From an uncultured Actinomycetes bacterium (GTDB taxonomy: Bacteria > Actinomycetota > UBA4738 > HRBIN12), in the NCBI GenBank assembly GCA_963695975.1, contig CAVOIB010000006.1, positions 20,482-84,481 on the forward strand: a stretch of DNA of 64,000 nt, in the 5' to 3' direction. The notes beneath the pieces were generated by a model. The model saw only the letters and a program-made list of their open reading frames with translations. It was not told the DNA's origin and made no database searches. How positions within the stretch are numbered: position 1 is the stretch's first letter; every line of letters starts with the position of its first letter. The translations under genes and the position numbers were made by a program. Positions 44,518 through 55,052 of the stretch are shown here, piece by piece.

Positions 44518-47322
44518 CTAGGCGTGGCGGTCGGCGGCCGGGTCCCAGTCGGACAGGTCGTGGCGTCCCGCGATCTGGAGCTTGCGGTAGACGTGCGCCA
44601 GGTGGGATTCGACCGTCCGCTCCGAGAGATGGAGGCGTCCCGCGATCTGCTTCGTCGTGCTGCCCGCGCGGGCGAGCACGGCGACCTCCCGTTCGCGCGC
44701 CGTGAGCGCGCCGACCGACTGCGAGGCGCGGCGTCCCGCCGGGCCAACGGCGCGCAGTCGGGCGACCGCGCGCTCCTCGAACATCGGGGCCGGCAGGGCC
44801 GCGTAGATCCCCACGGCCTCCACGAGCGGCTCGATCGACTCGGCGCTCGGCACGACGCCGGCGAGCCTCCCGAGCGCCCGGGCCGCGATGAACGGCGCGG
44901 GGATCTTCTGGGCTTCGGTCGACGCGGTGGCGAGCGCCTCCGCCGCGCCGGCGCGATCGCCTCGCGCGTCGGCGACGAGACCCTCCACGTATCTCGCCGC
45001 GACACGAGCCAAGGGTGACTCGGTTCCATGGCCGGCGAGCCGCTCCGCCCAACGGCTGGCGTCGTGCAGGTCGCCAGCTTCGATCGAGGCCTCGACGACG
45101 TCGGGAAGGACGTGTGCCGATACCGGCGGCGAGTCAAGCTGAGTCGCCCACACGGCAGCCCGCTCGAGCCGAGCACGCCCCACGTCAAGGTCGCCGGCGA
45201 ACCATCGGGCGCAGCCGTACGCCCAGTCGTGCCAGCAGGAGAACGCATAGAAGCGCCGATCACCGTACGTCCGTTCCGCCTCGGCAAGGAAGGGTTCCGC
45301 GGCGCCCGCATGACCGGTGACGACGAGCAGCAACGCCGCGAGCGAGAGCGTCCACGCCGAATGGATCGACGGCATGGTGGGATGCATGGCCTGGATCGCT
45401 TTGCAGTCGGCAAGCGCGTCACCCCACCTTCCGAGGAACCAGTTCGCCCTGGCCCGGGTGAAGTAGGCGACATCGCTCGCGCCCAGTCCGGCCGCGATCA
45501 GCGGGTCGATGATGGCCGCGCCCTCGGCGGGCCGCCCGCCGAGCACGTACGCGTCGGTGAGGACGCCCGTGTGCCACGCGAGCTGCGCCCGCTCGTTCCG
45601 CTCCTCGGCGATCGCCATGCCGCGGCGGCCGGCGGTGATCGCCTCGTCCGTGCGACCCAGCAGGGCGAGGCCGTGTCCGTGTGCACCGAGCGCGTGCATC
45701 ACCGCGCCCGTGTCGCCCATGGTCTCCGCCTGGAGGATCGCCTCGCCGCTCATCCGCACCTGCTCGCGGAGGTCGCCACCCTCCCCGCGGATCCACGCGA
45801 GCTCGTTCAGGGCCGCGGGAACCCGGTCCATCGCGCCGCACGCTTCGAACAGCCGAACCGCGTCCTCGGCCGCTGCGCCAGCCGACGCCAGGTCGCCAGC
45901 TCCCGTCGCCAAGAACGACGCGAGCCGCATCTTCGTCGTGCCGAGGACGCTCTGGTCGTCGGCCACGAGCATGCTGAGCTCCTCCAGCGCGGGGATCCCC
46001 ACGCCGTGATCGGATGCCTCCGCCGCCTGCCAGGCGATCTCGTCGAGCAGCTCGATCCGACCCTCGACGGCGTCGGGAGGCGTGAGGGCCAGAGCCGCGC
46101 GGAGGTTGGCGAGCGCTTCTCGATGCGATTGGCGCTGTTCCTCCAACCGCGCCGCGTCCCGGATCACCCTGAGCGCTTCGTCGTCCCCGATCGTCGCGCC
46201 TCTGGCCGCGTGATAGGCACGAACGGTGATGTCACCCTCGCCGTAACGCGCCGCACGCCGGTGAAGCGCGGCGCGCCGAGCTGCGCCCATGTTCTCGTAC
46301 ACGGCCTCCTGCACGAGCGGGTGCACGAAGTCGTACCCGACCGCTCCTCCGACGACACGGTCCGTGAGGAATCCCCCGGCGACGAGCTCGTCCAGGCCCT
46401 CGGGCTCCCGCTCGACCAGGGTGGCCACCACGCGCAGTGAGAACGTTCGGCCGAGGACGGCGCACGCATCGAGCACGGCTCTCGGCTCGGGGTCGAGCGC
46501 CTCGACCGCGACACGCACGCGTTCCTTGACGCTGGCCGGAACCACACGGTTGTGCGTGTCCGCCGCCAGCTCCTCCAACAGCGCCACCGTGAAGAGCGCG
46601 TTCCCGCGCGAACGGCCGAAGAGCCACTCGGTGAGATCGACGGTCGCCTCCGTCGGACCGAGCGAGGCGACGGCGAGCTCGTCGACCGCCGCGCGTTCGA
46701 GCGGCGACAGCCTGAGTTCTTCCGCCAAGCCGTCCTTCCGGAGGGCATCGACGAGCCGACCGAGTTCGACATCCGATGCGAGCGAGGCCGTCCGGAGCGC
46801 CGCGACGACGAGCACAGGGGCGGCGAGCGGGCTGCGACCGACGTAGGCGAGCGCCTCCCACGTCGACGGGTCGGCCTGGTGCAGGTCGTCGAGCTCGACG
46901 ACGAGCGGGCTGCCGGCTGCGATCGCAACGAGGAGACCAGCGAACGCCTCGAGCAGCCCGAGACGAGACGACGGCCCATCGGGAGACGATCCCAGCGCCG
47001 CCGCCGCCGCCGGTAGCACCACGGCCAGATCCTGCAGACCGGATCCGCAGAGTTCCCGCACGGTCTCGACCGGGATGGTGCGGAGATGCGATTGGAGCGC
47101 CTCGGCCAGCACGGAGAACGGGACCGCGCTGGCCAGGGGCGAGCCACGGCCGACCAGGCACAGCGCCCGGCCCACTGAGCCGCGGAACTCCTCGAGCAAC
47201 CGCGTCTTGCCGATCCCCGGATCGCCGGTGACGAGAACGATCCGGCTCCGACCGGTCGAGGCGTCTCGGAACGCCGATCGGAGCCACCCGATCTCGATGT
47301 CTCTCCCAACGAACGGCGCCAC
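44518..47322 (-). CDS. Large ATP-binding LuxR family (LAL) regulator
   Basis: FVGR, GDPGIGKT, LDDLHQAD, C-terminal LTAREREV...LSERTVESHLAHVYRKL. Confidence 0.92.
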   Translation of the reverse strand: MAPFVGRDIEIGWLRSAFRDASTGRSRIVLVTGDPGIGKTRLLEEFRGSVGRALCLVGRGSPLASAVPFSVLAEALQSHLRTIPVETVRELCGSGLQDLAVVLPAAAAALGSSPDGPSSRLGLLEAFAGLLVAIAAGSPLVVELDDLHQADPSTWEALAYVGRSPLAAPVLVVAALRTASLASDVELGRLVDALRKDGLAEELRLSPLERAAVDELAVASLGPTEATVDLTEWLFGRSRGNALFTVALLEELAADTHNRVVPASVKERVRVAVEALDPEPRAVLDACAVLGRTFSLRVVATLVEREPEGLDELVAGGFLTDRVVGGAVGYDFVHPLVQEAVYENMGAARRAALHRRAARYGEGDITVRAYHAARGATIGDDEALRVIRDAARLEEQRQSHREALANLRAALALTPPDAVEGRIELLDEIAWQAAEASDHGVGIPALEELSMLVADDQSVLGTTKMRLASFLATGAGDLASAGAAAEDAVRLFEACGAMDRVPAALNELAWIRGEGGDLREQVRMSGEAILQAETMGDTGAVMHALGAHGHGLALLGRTDEAITAGRRGMAIAEERNERAQLAWHTGVLTDAYVLGGRPAEGAAIIDPLIAAGLGASDVAYFTRARANWFLGRWGDALADCKAIQAMHPTMPSIHSAWTLSLAALLLVVTGHAGAAEPFLAEAERTYGDRRFYAFSCWHDWAYGCARWFAGDLDVGRARLERAAVWATQLDSPPVSAHVLPDVVEASIEAGDLHDASRWAERLAGHGTESPLARVAARYVEGLVADARGDRAGAAEALATASTEAQKIPAPFIAARALGRLAGVVPSAESIEPLVEAVGIYAALPAPMFEERAVARLRAVGPAGRRASQSVGALTAREREVAVLARAGSTTKQIAGRLHLSERTVESHLAHVYRKLQIAGRHDLSDWDPAADRHA

Positions 47323-47434
47323 GGGCGCAGCTTCGCAGGTCCGCGAACCCGTAGCCAAATCCGTACCGATCCCGGATGTTCCGTCGGGGCGCCGCCCGCA
47401 GGCTGAGGTTGATCGAGACCGGAGGAGGTCGGTG

Positions 47435-48028
47435 ATGGGGTTCAAGGTGGAGGGCGATTACTTCGAGGCGTGCACGTGCGCGGTGAGCTGCCCGTGTGTC
47501 TTCCTCGCGCCTGCGACGGAGGATCGATGCGACCTGATCCTCGCGTGGCACGTGGAGAAGGGGCAGTCCGACGACGTCTCTCTCGACGGGCTGAACGCCG
47601 TCATGGCGGTGCACTCGCCGCAGCAGATGACCGACGGCAACTGGATAGTGGCGCTGTACCTGGACGAACGCGCGACGGCCGAGCAGTCCGAGGCGCTCGG
47701 GGGCGTCTTCAGCGGCGCCTCGGGCGGGCACCTCGCCAACCTCGGGCCGCTGATCGGACAGGTGGTCGGCGTGAGCACGGCGCCGATCGAGTTCTCCCGC
47801 GAGGGTGGAACGCGTCGCCTTCGCGTCGGTGACATCCTCGAGGCCACCGTCACGGAGACGACGGGCATGGACGGCGAGAACCCGTCGGTGATCACGAATC
47901 CGCTGCTCGGTGCGGTCACACAGCCGGTGCGCCAGGCGAAGTCGGAGCACGTCACCTTCGACGGGCACTTCACGCTCGACGTCATGGAGCGCAACGCGTT
48001 CATCACCGAGTTCACGTACGCGGGGTAG
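47435..48028 (+). CDS. DUF1326 domain protein (Cys-rich)
   Basis: GDYFEACTCAVSCPC...C, LYLDERAT.EQ..AL..FSG..GG. Confidence 0.88.
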   Translation: MGFKVEGDYFEACTCAVSCPCVFLAPATEDRCDLILAWHVEKGQSDDVSLDGLNAVMAVHSPQQMTDGNWIVALYLDERATAEQSEALGGVFSGASGGHLANLGPLIGQVVGVSTAPIEFSREGGTRRLRVGDILEATVTETTGMDGENPSVITNPLLGAVTQPVRQAKSEHVTFDGHFTLDVMERNAFITEFTYAG

Positions 48029-48032
48029 CGCC

Positions 48033-48773
48033 ATGAGCTCGATGACGATGGCCCTGCCGCTGTTCCTTCTGGCGTGGGTGCCGATGATGGCCGTGATGAT
48101 GGTTCCGTCGACGGCGCCGACGGCGATCCTATGGACGCGGACGATGGGGGGAAGGTCGCTCAGGCGCACGCGGCGCCTGAGCGCCTTCCTGACCGGGTAC
48201 CTGATCGCCTGGGCCGCATACGGAGTGGGCGCGTGGGTGCTCGTCGGCGCCGGCCACCGACTGATGATGTCGTCACCGCGCGAGGCGAACTGGCTGGGCG
48301 CGGGACTGTTCGTCGGCGCCGGGATCTACCAGTTGACGCCGATGAAGCAGGCCTGCCTGCGCAAGTGTCGAACGCCGTTCGGCCGGGTCGTGCTGTATTC
48401 GGGCTGGAGCGGGCCCGCTCGCGATCTGCGCGCCGGTCTGCAAGAAGGCGGGCTGTGCGTCGCGTGCTGCTGGGGGCTGATGATCGTCCTCGTCGCGGTC
48501 GGCACGATGAACCTGGCGGCCATGGCGGTGCTCGCCGTCGTCACCGCGCTCGAGAAGCTCTGGCGGCACGGGCCCGCGTTCGCCCGAGCGATCGGCGTGG
48601 GGTTCATCGCTATCGGCCTCGTGGCGCTCGTCCACCCGCAACTGTTGACCGGTTTCGGCACGCACCAGATGGTGGGCCAGATGTCCGGCGACATGTCGGG
48701 CATGTCCGGGATGGCCGCCTCTCCTGCCGTGCGGTGGATCTGCGAGATCACACGGATCGCCGGACGCGCCTGA
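48033..48773 (+). CDS. DUF2182 predicted metal-binding membrane protein
   Basis: WVPMMAVMMVPS, YQLTPMKQACLRKCRTP, CVACCWGLM, GTMNL, LEK. Confidence 0.88.
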   Translation: MSSMTMALPLFLLAWVPMMAVMMVPSTAPTAILWTRTMGGRSLRRTRRLSAFLTGYLIAWAAYGVGAWVLVGAGHRLMMSSPREANWLGAGLFVGAGIYQLTPMKQACLRKCRTPFGRVVLYSGWSGPARDLRAGLQEGGLCVACCWGLMIVLVAVGTMNLAAMAVLAVVTALEKLWRHGPAFARAIGVGFIAIGLVALVHPQLLTGFGTHQMVGQMSGDMSGMSGMAASPAVRWICEITRIAGRA

Positions 48774-48776
48774 CCG

Positions 48777-49544
48777 TCAACCGAGCTTCCGAGCCTTCCA
48801 GATCTCCTCGCTCGGCCAGCGGTTGGCCCAATCGGGAGAGACGAACCCGGCGCGAGTCGTCGCGCCCTCGGGAGCACGGATCTCGATCAGGTCCTCGACC
48901 TCGAAGCCACTCGAGCGGAGCAACCGGATCATGTCCCCGTATCCGAGGTGGAATTCGATCGATGGGTCGTCGGGCCAATCGAACCGATGGATCCCGAAGT
49001 AGTCACGGAGCAGCGTGTTCGACGCCGGGACGTTCTCGTCGTCCTCCGCGCAGAGCATGAGGATCGTCCCGTTCACCAGGAACGTCAAACGACCTCCCGG
49101 TCGAAGCACACGGGAGGCCTCGGGTATCCACCTGTACGGATCCGCCCAGATGCTCGCGCCGTACTCGGAGATCGCGAGATCGAAGCTTCCGTCGGCGAAC
49201 GGTAACCGTTCGGCGTCCGCCTGCAGGATCGGGAACCGCAGGTCGAACTCCTGCTGCAGTCGCCAGGCGGTCCGGAGTTGCTCCAAGGAGTTGTCGATAC
49301 CGATGACGCGGGCTCCTCGCCGTGCGAGCCACGCCGAGATGTAACCGGTACCGCACCCGAGCTCGACGCTCGCGAGGCCGTCCACATCATCGGGGAACAT
49401 CGCGACGTCCGACTCGGGCGCGTCCCACAGACCCCAGGAGGGCTCGTCTCGTGACCATGCCCGATGGCCGGCGTCCGCGTAATCAGTAGCCCACCCGTCC
49501 CAAGCGGCGCGGTTCCGCGCGACGTGATCGGACTCGTCGGTCAT
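48777..49544 (-). CDS. Class I SAM-dependent methyltransferase
   Basis: VELGCGTGY, GIDNS, ADAERLPFADGSFD, RVLRPGG. Confidence 0.9.
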   Translation of the reverse strand: MTDESDHVARNRAAWDGWATDYADAGHRAWSRDEPSWGLWDAPESDVAMFPDDVDGLASVELGCGTGYISAWLARRGARVIGIDNSLEQLRTAWRLQQEFDLRFPILQADAERLPFADGSFDLAISEYGASIWADPYRWIPEASRVLRPGGRLTFLVNGTILMLCAEDDENVPASNTLLRDYFGIHRFDWPDDPSIEFHLGYGDMIRLLRSSGFEVEDLIEIRAPEGATTRAGFVSPDWANRWPSEEIWKARKLG

Positions 49545-51493
49545 GGATCCCCCAAGATAGCGGCCGCACGGATCGCGTCGAGCGCCTCAGGGTTCTCGAG
49601 GCTCGACACGTCGCCCGGGTCCACGCCGATCGCCGCCGACCGGATCGCGCGCCGGACGATCTTCGCGGAACGGGTCCTAGGGAGCTCCTCGACGAACAGC
49701 ACCTTCGACGGCGCGAACGCCTTACCCAGGTGGTCGGCCACGACGGTCCGAAGCTCGATCGCCAGCGCGGCGGAGCGTTCGACTTCCGGCTTCACGACCA
49801 CGAAACACCAGATGACTTCCCCTTTCACCTCGTGTGGGACGCCGACCGCCGCCGACTCGGCGACCGCGGGATGCGACGCGAGCGCCGACTCCACCTCTGC
49901 GGGGCCCAGACGCTTCCCGGCGATGCTCAGCGTGTCGTCGCTGCGGCCGTGCAGGAACCAGAAACCATCTTCATCGATGGTCGCCCAGTCTCCGTGCACC
50001 CATACCCCAGGGAAGCGCCGCCAGTACGTGTCGAGGTAACGCTCGTCGTCGCCCCAGACCCCGCGCGTCATCGCCGGCCACGGCTGCTTGCAGACCAGCT
50101 CGCCCACTTGCCCGCGCGGAACGGGCAGACCGTCTGGTCCCCACACGTCGACGTCCATCCCGAGGGCCGGACCGCGGAGCGTGCACGGCTTCAGCTCAGT
50201 GATCGGGAGCGGCGAGAGGAAGCACGCCCCGACCTCAGTCCCGCCCGAGAGGTTGATGATCGGGCAGCGGGAGCGGCCCACCTCCTCGAACAACCAGCGG
50301 TACGGCTCGGGGTTCCACGGTTCGCCCGTCGACGCCAGGATCCGCACGCCGGTGAGGTCGTGCGCACGGACCGGTTCTACCCCCGATGGGATGAGCGCGC
50401 GGATCAGCGTCGGCGAGACGCCCAGCGTGGTCACTCCGTGCCGCTCGACGGTCGCCCACAGCCGATCCGGGCCGGGGAAGTTCGGCGCGCCTTCGGTCAG
50501 CAGCACCGTCGAACCGAGCGCGAGTGCGCCGACGATCTCGAACGGACCCATGATCCAGCCGAGATCCGTCACCCAGTGCAACACCTCGCCCCGATGCAGG
50601 TCGACCTGGTACGCGACCTCTTCGGCGATCTTCACGAGGAACCCACCGTGGACATGGAGCACGCCCTTCGGCTTGCCGGTCGTGCCGCTCGTGTAGCCGA
50701 TGAAGAGCGGATGCTCGCTCTCGAGCATCTCGGTGTCGAAACGGCCGGGCTGTGAGGCGATCAGCTCGTCCCAACGGACGTCCCGGGAAGGATCCCAGGG
50801 CACGCTCTCGGTATCTAGTCTGTTCCAGACGAGTAGGTGCTCCACGCACCCGGCCTCGTCGGCGGCGCGGTCGGCGATCGTCTTCATCGGGACGGGCTGG
50901 CCACGCCGGAACGAGGCGTCCGCGGTGATCAATACGTTCGCGTGCGCGTCGGACAGTCGCGCGGCAACCGCCTCGGGGCCGAACCCGCTGAAGATCGGGA
51001 CCCAAACGGCACCCAGCTTCGCGCATGCCATCACCGCTGCAACGATCTCGATCGCCATCGGCATGAAGATCCCCACGGTGTCGCGCTCACCCACACCGAG
51101 CGATCGAAGCCCGTGGGCGAGACGATCGGTCAGCTCGCGGAGCCCGCGATACGTGATCGCCCGGACGTCGCCGTCCTCGCCCTCCCAGATGACAGCGACC
51201 GCTTCCGGGGTGCGTTCGGCCCACAGGTCCACGCACTGGTGCGCGACGTTGGTCCGGCCGCCTACGAACCATGTGGCCCACTCGATCCCGGCCGACGTGT
51301 CCAGCACCCGCTCGTACGGGATGGGGAACGAGATGTCCAGGTCGGCGACCACGGCGTCCCAGAACCACGCGATGTCGCCCACTGAGCGCGCGACGAGCTC
51401 CTCGTAGGCATCGATGCCGTGCCCACGCATGAACCGGGTGACGTTCGCCCGCTCGACGTATTCAGGGGAAGGCGACCACACCACGTCGTGCAC
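49541..51493 (-). CDS. Acyl-CoA synthetase (acetate/acetoacetate-CoA ligase-like)
   Basis: YTSGTTGKPKG, STGEPWNPE, SGGTE, GRSDD, LPRTRSAKIVRR. Confidence 0.9.
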   Translation of the reverse strand: MHDVVWSPSPEYVERANVTRFMRGHGIDAYEELVARSVGDIAWFWDAVVADLDISFPIPYERVLDTSAGIEWATWFVGGRTNVAHQCVDLWAERTPEAVAVIWEGEDGDVRAITYRGLRELTDRLAHGLRSLGVGERDTVGIFMPMAIEIVAAVMACAKLGAVWVPIFSGFGPEAVAARLSDAHANVLITADASFRRGQPVPMKTIADRAADEAGCVEHLLVWNRLDTESVPWDPSRDVRWDELIASQPGRFDTEMLESEHPLFIGYTSGTTGKPKGVLHVHGGFLVKIAEEVAYQVDLHRGEVLHWVTDLGWIMGPFEIVGALALGSTVLLTEGAPNFPGPDRLWATVERHGVTTLGVSPTLIRALIPSGVEPVRAHDLTGVRILASTGEPWNPEPYRWLFEEVGRSRCPIINLSGGTEVGACFLSPLPITELKPCTLRGPALGMDVDVWGPDGLPVPRGQVGELVCKQPWPAMTRGVWGDDERYLDTYWRRFPGVWVHGDWATIDEDGFWFLHGRSDDTLSIAGKRLGPAEVESALASHPAVAESAAVGVPHEVKGEVIWCFVVVKPEVERSAALAIELRTVVADHLGKAFAPSKVLFVEELPRTRSAKIVRRAIRSAAIGVDPGDVSSLENPEALDAIRAAAILGDP

Positions 51494-51516
51494 GCGGACA
51501 CGGTATAACCCTCCGG

Positions 51517-52566
51517 ATGGAGCCGCGAGTCGGAGTGGTCGGGATCGGCTGGTCGGGCTTTTCCCCCACCACCCCCGGAGTCTCGTACAAGGAGCTGATG
51601 TTCGAGGCGGCGCGATCCGCGTACGCCGACGCCCAGGTTGACCCGCGCCGCGACATCGACTCGTTCGTGTGCGCCTCCGAGGACTTCGAGGAGGGCACGA
51701 GCATCTTCGACGAGTACCTGCCCGACCAGCTCGGCGCGGTGCAACGACCGGTCCACACGGTGGCCTCGGATGGGTTGTTCGCGATCGCGACCGCGGTCAT
51801 GTTGATCCGCTCTGGCGTGGCGACGGCCGTCGCCGTGGAGGCGCACTCGAAAGCCTCCGATGTCGTCTCGCACGGGCGGATCGACCGGTTCGCGTTGGAT
51901 CCGGTGCTGAACCGGCCTCTCGGGATCTCGACGCTCGCGGTCGCCGGGCTCGAGATGCGGCGGTACCTCCACGTGAGCGGCCGCACGGCCGAGGAGTGTG
52001 CGGAGGTCGCCGCGGTGAACCGAGCCCACGCGCGTTCGAACCCGCGAGCATCGCACGCGGACGCCACCGATGCCTCGCCGCTGTTCGACCCGCTCACGCG
52101 CGAGCAGGCGGCTCGAAGCGTGGACGGGTGTGTCGTGGTGGTCCTGCGCGGTGGTGCCGACGGCGCTGCGATCCTCCGGGGTGTTGGGTGGGGCCAGGAT
52201 GCGCCCAGCCTCGAATCGCGCTCCTGGGATGAGGCGGTGGCCGTGAAGACCGCGGGCGAGATGGCCTTCCGCCAGGCGGGGATCGGGCCTCGGGACGCGG
52301 ACCTAGCGGAGGTCGACGACACGTTCGCCTACAAACAGCTCCAGCACCTCGACGCCTTGGGACTGAGCGGGCTCAACGCCGCGCGCGTGAACCGCTCCGG
52401 TGGCGCGCTCGGCGAGGGCCACCTCCACGAGGCGAACGGTCTCGCTCGGTTCCTCGCGTGTGTCGAGCAGCTTCAGCGGGGTGATGGCAGGATCGGCATC
52501 GTGCAGTCGTGGCGAGGCGTGCCGAGCTCGTCCGCCGCGGTCGCCGTCCTGGAGGGAGTCGCATGA
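51517..52566 (+). CDS. Thiolase-like protein (SCP-x type, lacks the nucleophile Cys)
   Basis: RVGVVGIGW.GF.PTTP, DQLGAVQRPVHTVASDG, AEVDDTFAYKQLQH, VN.SGG.LGEG. Confidence 0.82.
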   Translation: MEPRVGVVGIGWSGFSPTTPGVSYKELMFEAARSAYADAQVDPRRDIDSFVCASEDFEEGTSIFDEYLPDQLGAVQRPVHTVASDGLFAIATAVMLIRSGVATAVAVEAHSKASDVVSHGRIDRFALDPVLNRPLGISTLAVAGLEMRRYLHVSGRTAEECAEVAAVNRAHARSNPRASHADATDASPLFDPLTREQAARSVDGCVVVVLRGGADGAAILRGVGWGQDAPSLESRSWDEAVAVKTAGEMAFRQAGIGPRDADLAEVDDTFAYKQLQHLDALGLSGLNAARVNRSGGALGEGHLHEANGLARFLACVEQLQRGDGRIGIVQSWRGVPSSSAAVAVLEGVA

Positions 52567-52922
52567 TCGGCCCGGCCGACCTCGTTTATCTGTTCGTGGC
52601 GGACATGGACCGGGCGATCGCGTTCTACGGGGACGTGCTCGGTCTCACGCTCGAATACCGGGCGGGCGATGAATGGGCGCAGTTCGGCGCCGGCCCGCTG
52701 AAGATCGGGCTGCACGGGACAGGCTCTGCCGGCCAGTCCCGCACCGGCGGCACGCTCGCGTTCACGGTCGCCGACCTCGACGCCTCGAAGACGAAGCTCG
52801 CAGAACGAGGCGTCGAGCTCGGCCACGAAGGCGGCGGCGAGCGACTTGGACCGAGGTTCGTCGAATTCGCCGATCCCGACGGGAACGTGCTCGCGCTCTT
52901 CGAGTACGAGGAGCACGAGTGA
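52563..52922 (+). CDS. VOC/glyoxalase family protein
   Basis: VADMDRAIAFYGDVLGL, FADPDGNVLAL. Confidence 0.88.
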   Translation: MIGPADLVYLFVADMDRAIAFYGDVLGLTLEYRAGDEWAQFGAGPLKIGLHGTGSAGQSRTGGTLAFTVADLDASKTKLAERGVELGHEGGGERLGPRFVEFADPDGNVLALFEYEEHE

Positions 52923-54623
52923 CGGGACGGCGTGTCGCGGTGATCGGCGCGGGGATGACGAAGTTCGTGCGGCGCGCGCAGGAGACGGGCAAGGAGCTCG
53001 CTTGGCAGGCCTCCGCCGCCGCGCTTTCCTCTGCCGAGATCAGCCTGGAGCAGGTCGACGCCGTCTGTGTGACGAGCGCGCCCGACGCGTTCGATGGGGT
53101 GCACCGCAAGGGCGATTACCTTGCCGACGGCGCGGGCGGGTTCGGCCGGCCTTACATCCGCACGTACGTCGGGGGCGGCAGCGGTGTGTTCACGGCGATC
53201 CAGGGCTGGTACACCGTCGCGTCGGGCATGGCCGACGTCGTGCTCTGCGTGGCCGAGGAGAAGATGTCGACCTGTCAGCCGCACCCGCAAGGCGCGTTCC
53301 TCACGATCTTCGACAACATCATCGAACGCCCGCTCGGACCCAACCTGCTGTGGATCTTCGCGCTCGAGATGAACCGCTACATGCATGCGTACGGGTTGGA
53401 CAAGCGCGACATCGCGACCGTCGCCGTGAAGAACAAGCGCAACGCGGCCGATCACCCGGCGGCCCTGCTCGGCCACGCCGACATCACCGTCGAGGACGTC
53501 CTCGCGTCGGAGGTCCTCGCGTGGCCGGTGCAACGCCTCGACGTCTCGCCGATCAGCGACGGCGCGGTCGCGGTCGTGATGGCCTCCGAGGAGGCGTCGA
53601 AGCGGTTGAGTGGCTCGCCCGTCTGGGTCGACGGGGTCGGCTGGAACCTCGACACCGCCTATTGGACGAATCGTGATCTCGCCTATCCCGAATACGTCGA
53701 GAACGCCGCCCGGATGGCGTACGACATGGCCGGCATCACCGAGCCGCGCAAGCAGATCCATATCGCCGAGCCGTACGACCCGTTCGACTACAAGGAGCTG
53801 CACCACCTGGAGGGCCTGCAGCTCTTCGACAAAGGGAAGGCGCCGGAGGCCGCGCGCGACGGCGTGACCGCACGCGACGGCGACCTGCCGTGCTGTCCCT
53901 CCGGCGGGCTGCTCGGCGTGGGGAACCCGATCGCCGCGGCCGGGCTGATGAAGATCGCTGAGCTCTTCTGGCAGCTGCGCGGCGAGGCCGGCGCTCGGCA
54001 GGTGCCCGGTACGCCGGAGCGCGGGGTCGCTCAGGCGTGGGGCGACCTGATGCAGGTGGGAACGGTCGTCGTGTTGGGGGCCGACGGGCGGCAGCGAAGC
54101 GGCGGCGGCGCGACCCCGCCTGTGTCCACGCTCGGTCCGACAGCGCTTTCCGACACCGGGTTCCACGGCGCGACCGGATGCGTCGACGACAGGTACGACG
54201 CCGAGTACGAGTGGGACGCGGGTGAGGCGATGGGCGCGTTCCTCGAGGGGGTTCGCGACGGGCGGGTCGTCGCGACCTACTGCTCCTCGTGCGAGCGGAC
54301 GCTCGTGCCGCCCCGCAAGTTCTGCGAGCGGTGCTTCCGACCGACGGACCGCTGGACCGAGGTCGAGGCGGTGGGCCGGGTTGAGACGTTCTCGATCTGC
54401 CATGTGACGTGGGACATGCGGCCGGTGGATCCACCCGAATTGCCGGCGGTGATCCGGCTGAACGATGCGAGCGAGGGCGGGTTCCTGCACAAGCTCGGCG
54501 AGGTGGCGCCCGACGACGTGCGGATCGGGATGGCAGGTCGAGGCCGTGTGGCGTCAGCTCGGGGACCGCACCGGCTCGATCCTGGATATCGCGTACTTCC
54601 GTCCACGAGGAGGCGAGGCGTAG
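52919..54623 (+). CDS. Thiolase-like protein fused in frame to a Zn-ribbon/OB-fold (DUF35) domain; 1-nt frameshift near 54537
   Basis: VAVIGAGMTKF, SAPDAFDG, EPYDPFDYKEL, SGGLLGVGNPIAAAG, then CSSC...PPRKFCERC; after the shift it reads VEAVWRQLGDRTGSILDIAYFRP..* ending at 54623. Confidence 0.8.
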
Positions 54624-55052
54624 ATGGCGCGCACGGTGCGCGGTGGGATGCCGGTGGGCTTCCACTACACACCTGGCGTGGGCAACACCACGTTCTTCGA
54701 AGCCCTCCGCGACCGCGGGGTTCTGCTCGGGTCGCGCTGCGCGGCGTGTGACTTCACCTACCTTCCAGCGCGGATCTTCTGCGAACGCTGCTTCGCGGGG
54801 CTGCAACCCGACACCGAGTGCGGCCCGGGCGGAACGCTCGAGTCATTCACGGTCGCCTACGTCGGCATCGACGGCGAACCACTCGAGGAGCCGGAGACGG
54901 TGGGCCTCGTGAGGCTCGACGGTGCGGACACGCTACTCATGCACCGCCTGATCGGCGACGGCCCGTGGGCGATCGCCGCACGGGTCGAAGCCCTACTCGC
55001 GGACGACCGCGCAGGCTCGATCCTCGACATCGTGGGATTCGGGTCGGCATGA
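54624..55052 (+). CDS. Zn-ribbon/OB-fold (DUF35) protein
   Basis: GSRCAAC..TYLPARIFCERC, VRLDGAD, GSILDI. Confidence 0.88.
   Translation: MARTVRGGMPVGFHYTPGVGNTTFFEALRDRGVLLGSRCAACDFTYLPARIFCERCFAGLQPDTECGPGGTLESFTVAYVGIDGEPLEEPETVGLVRLDGADTLLMHRLIGDGPWAIAARVEALLADDRAGSILDIVGFGSA

Noticed and set aside
9186-54490. Numerous long antisense or overlapping ORFs (e.g. 9186..10772, 14313..15194, 45028..46440, 52625..54490)
   Set aside because: Expected stop-codon scarcity at ~70% GC; they mirror well-supported genes and carry no motifs.
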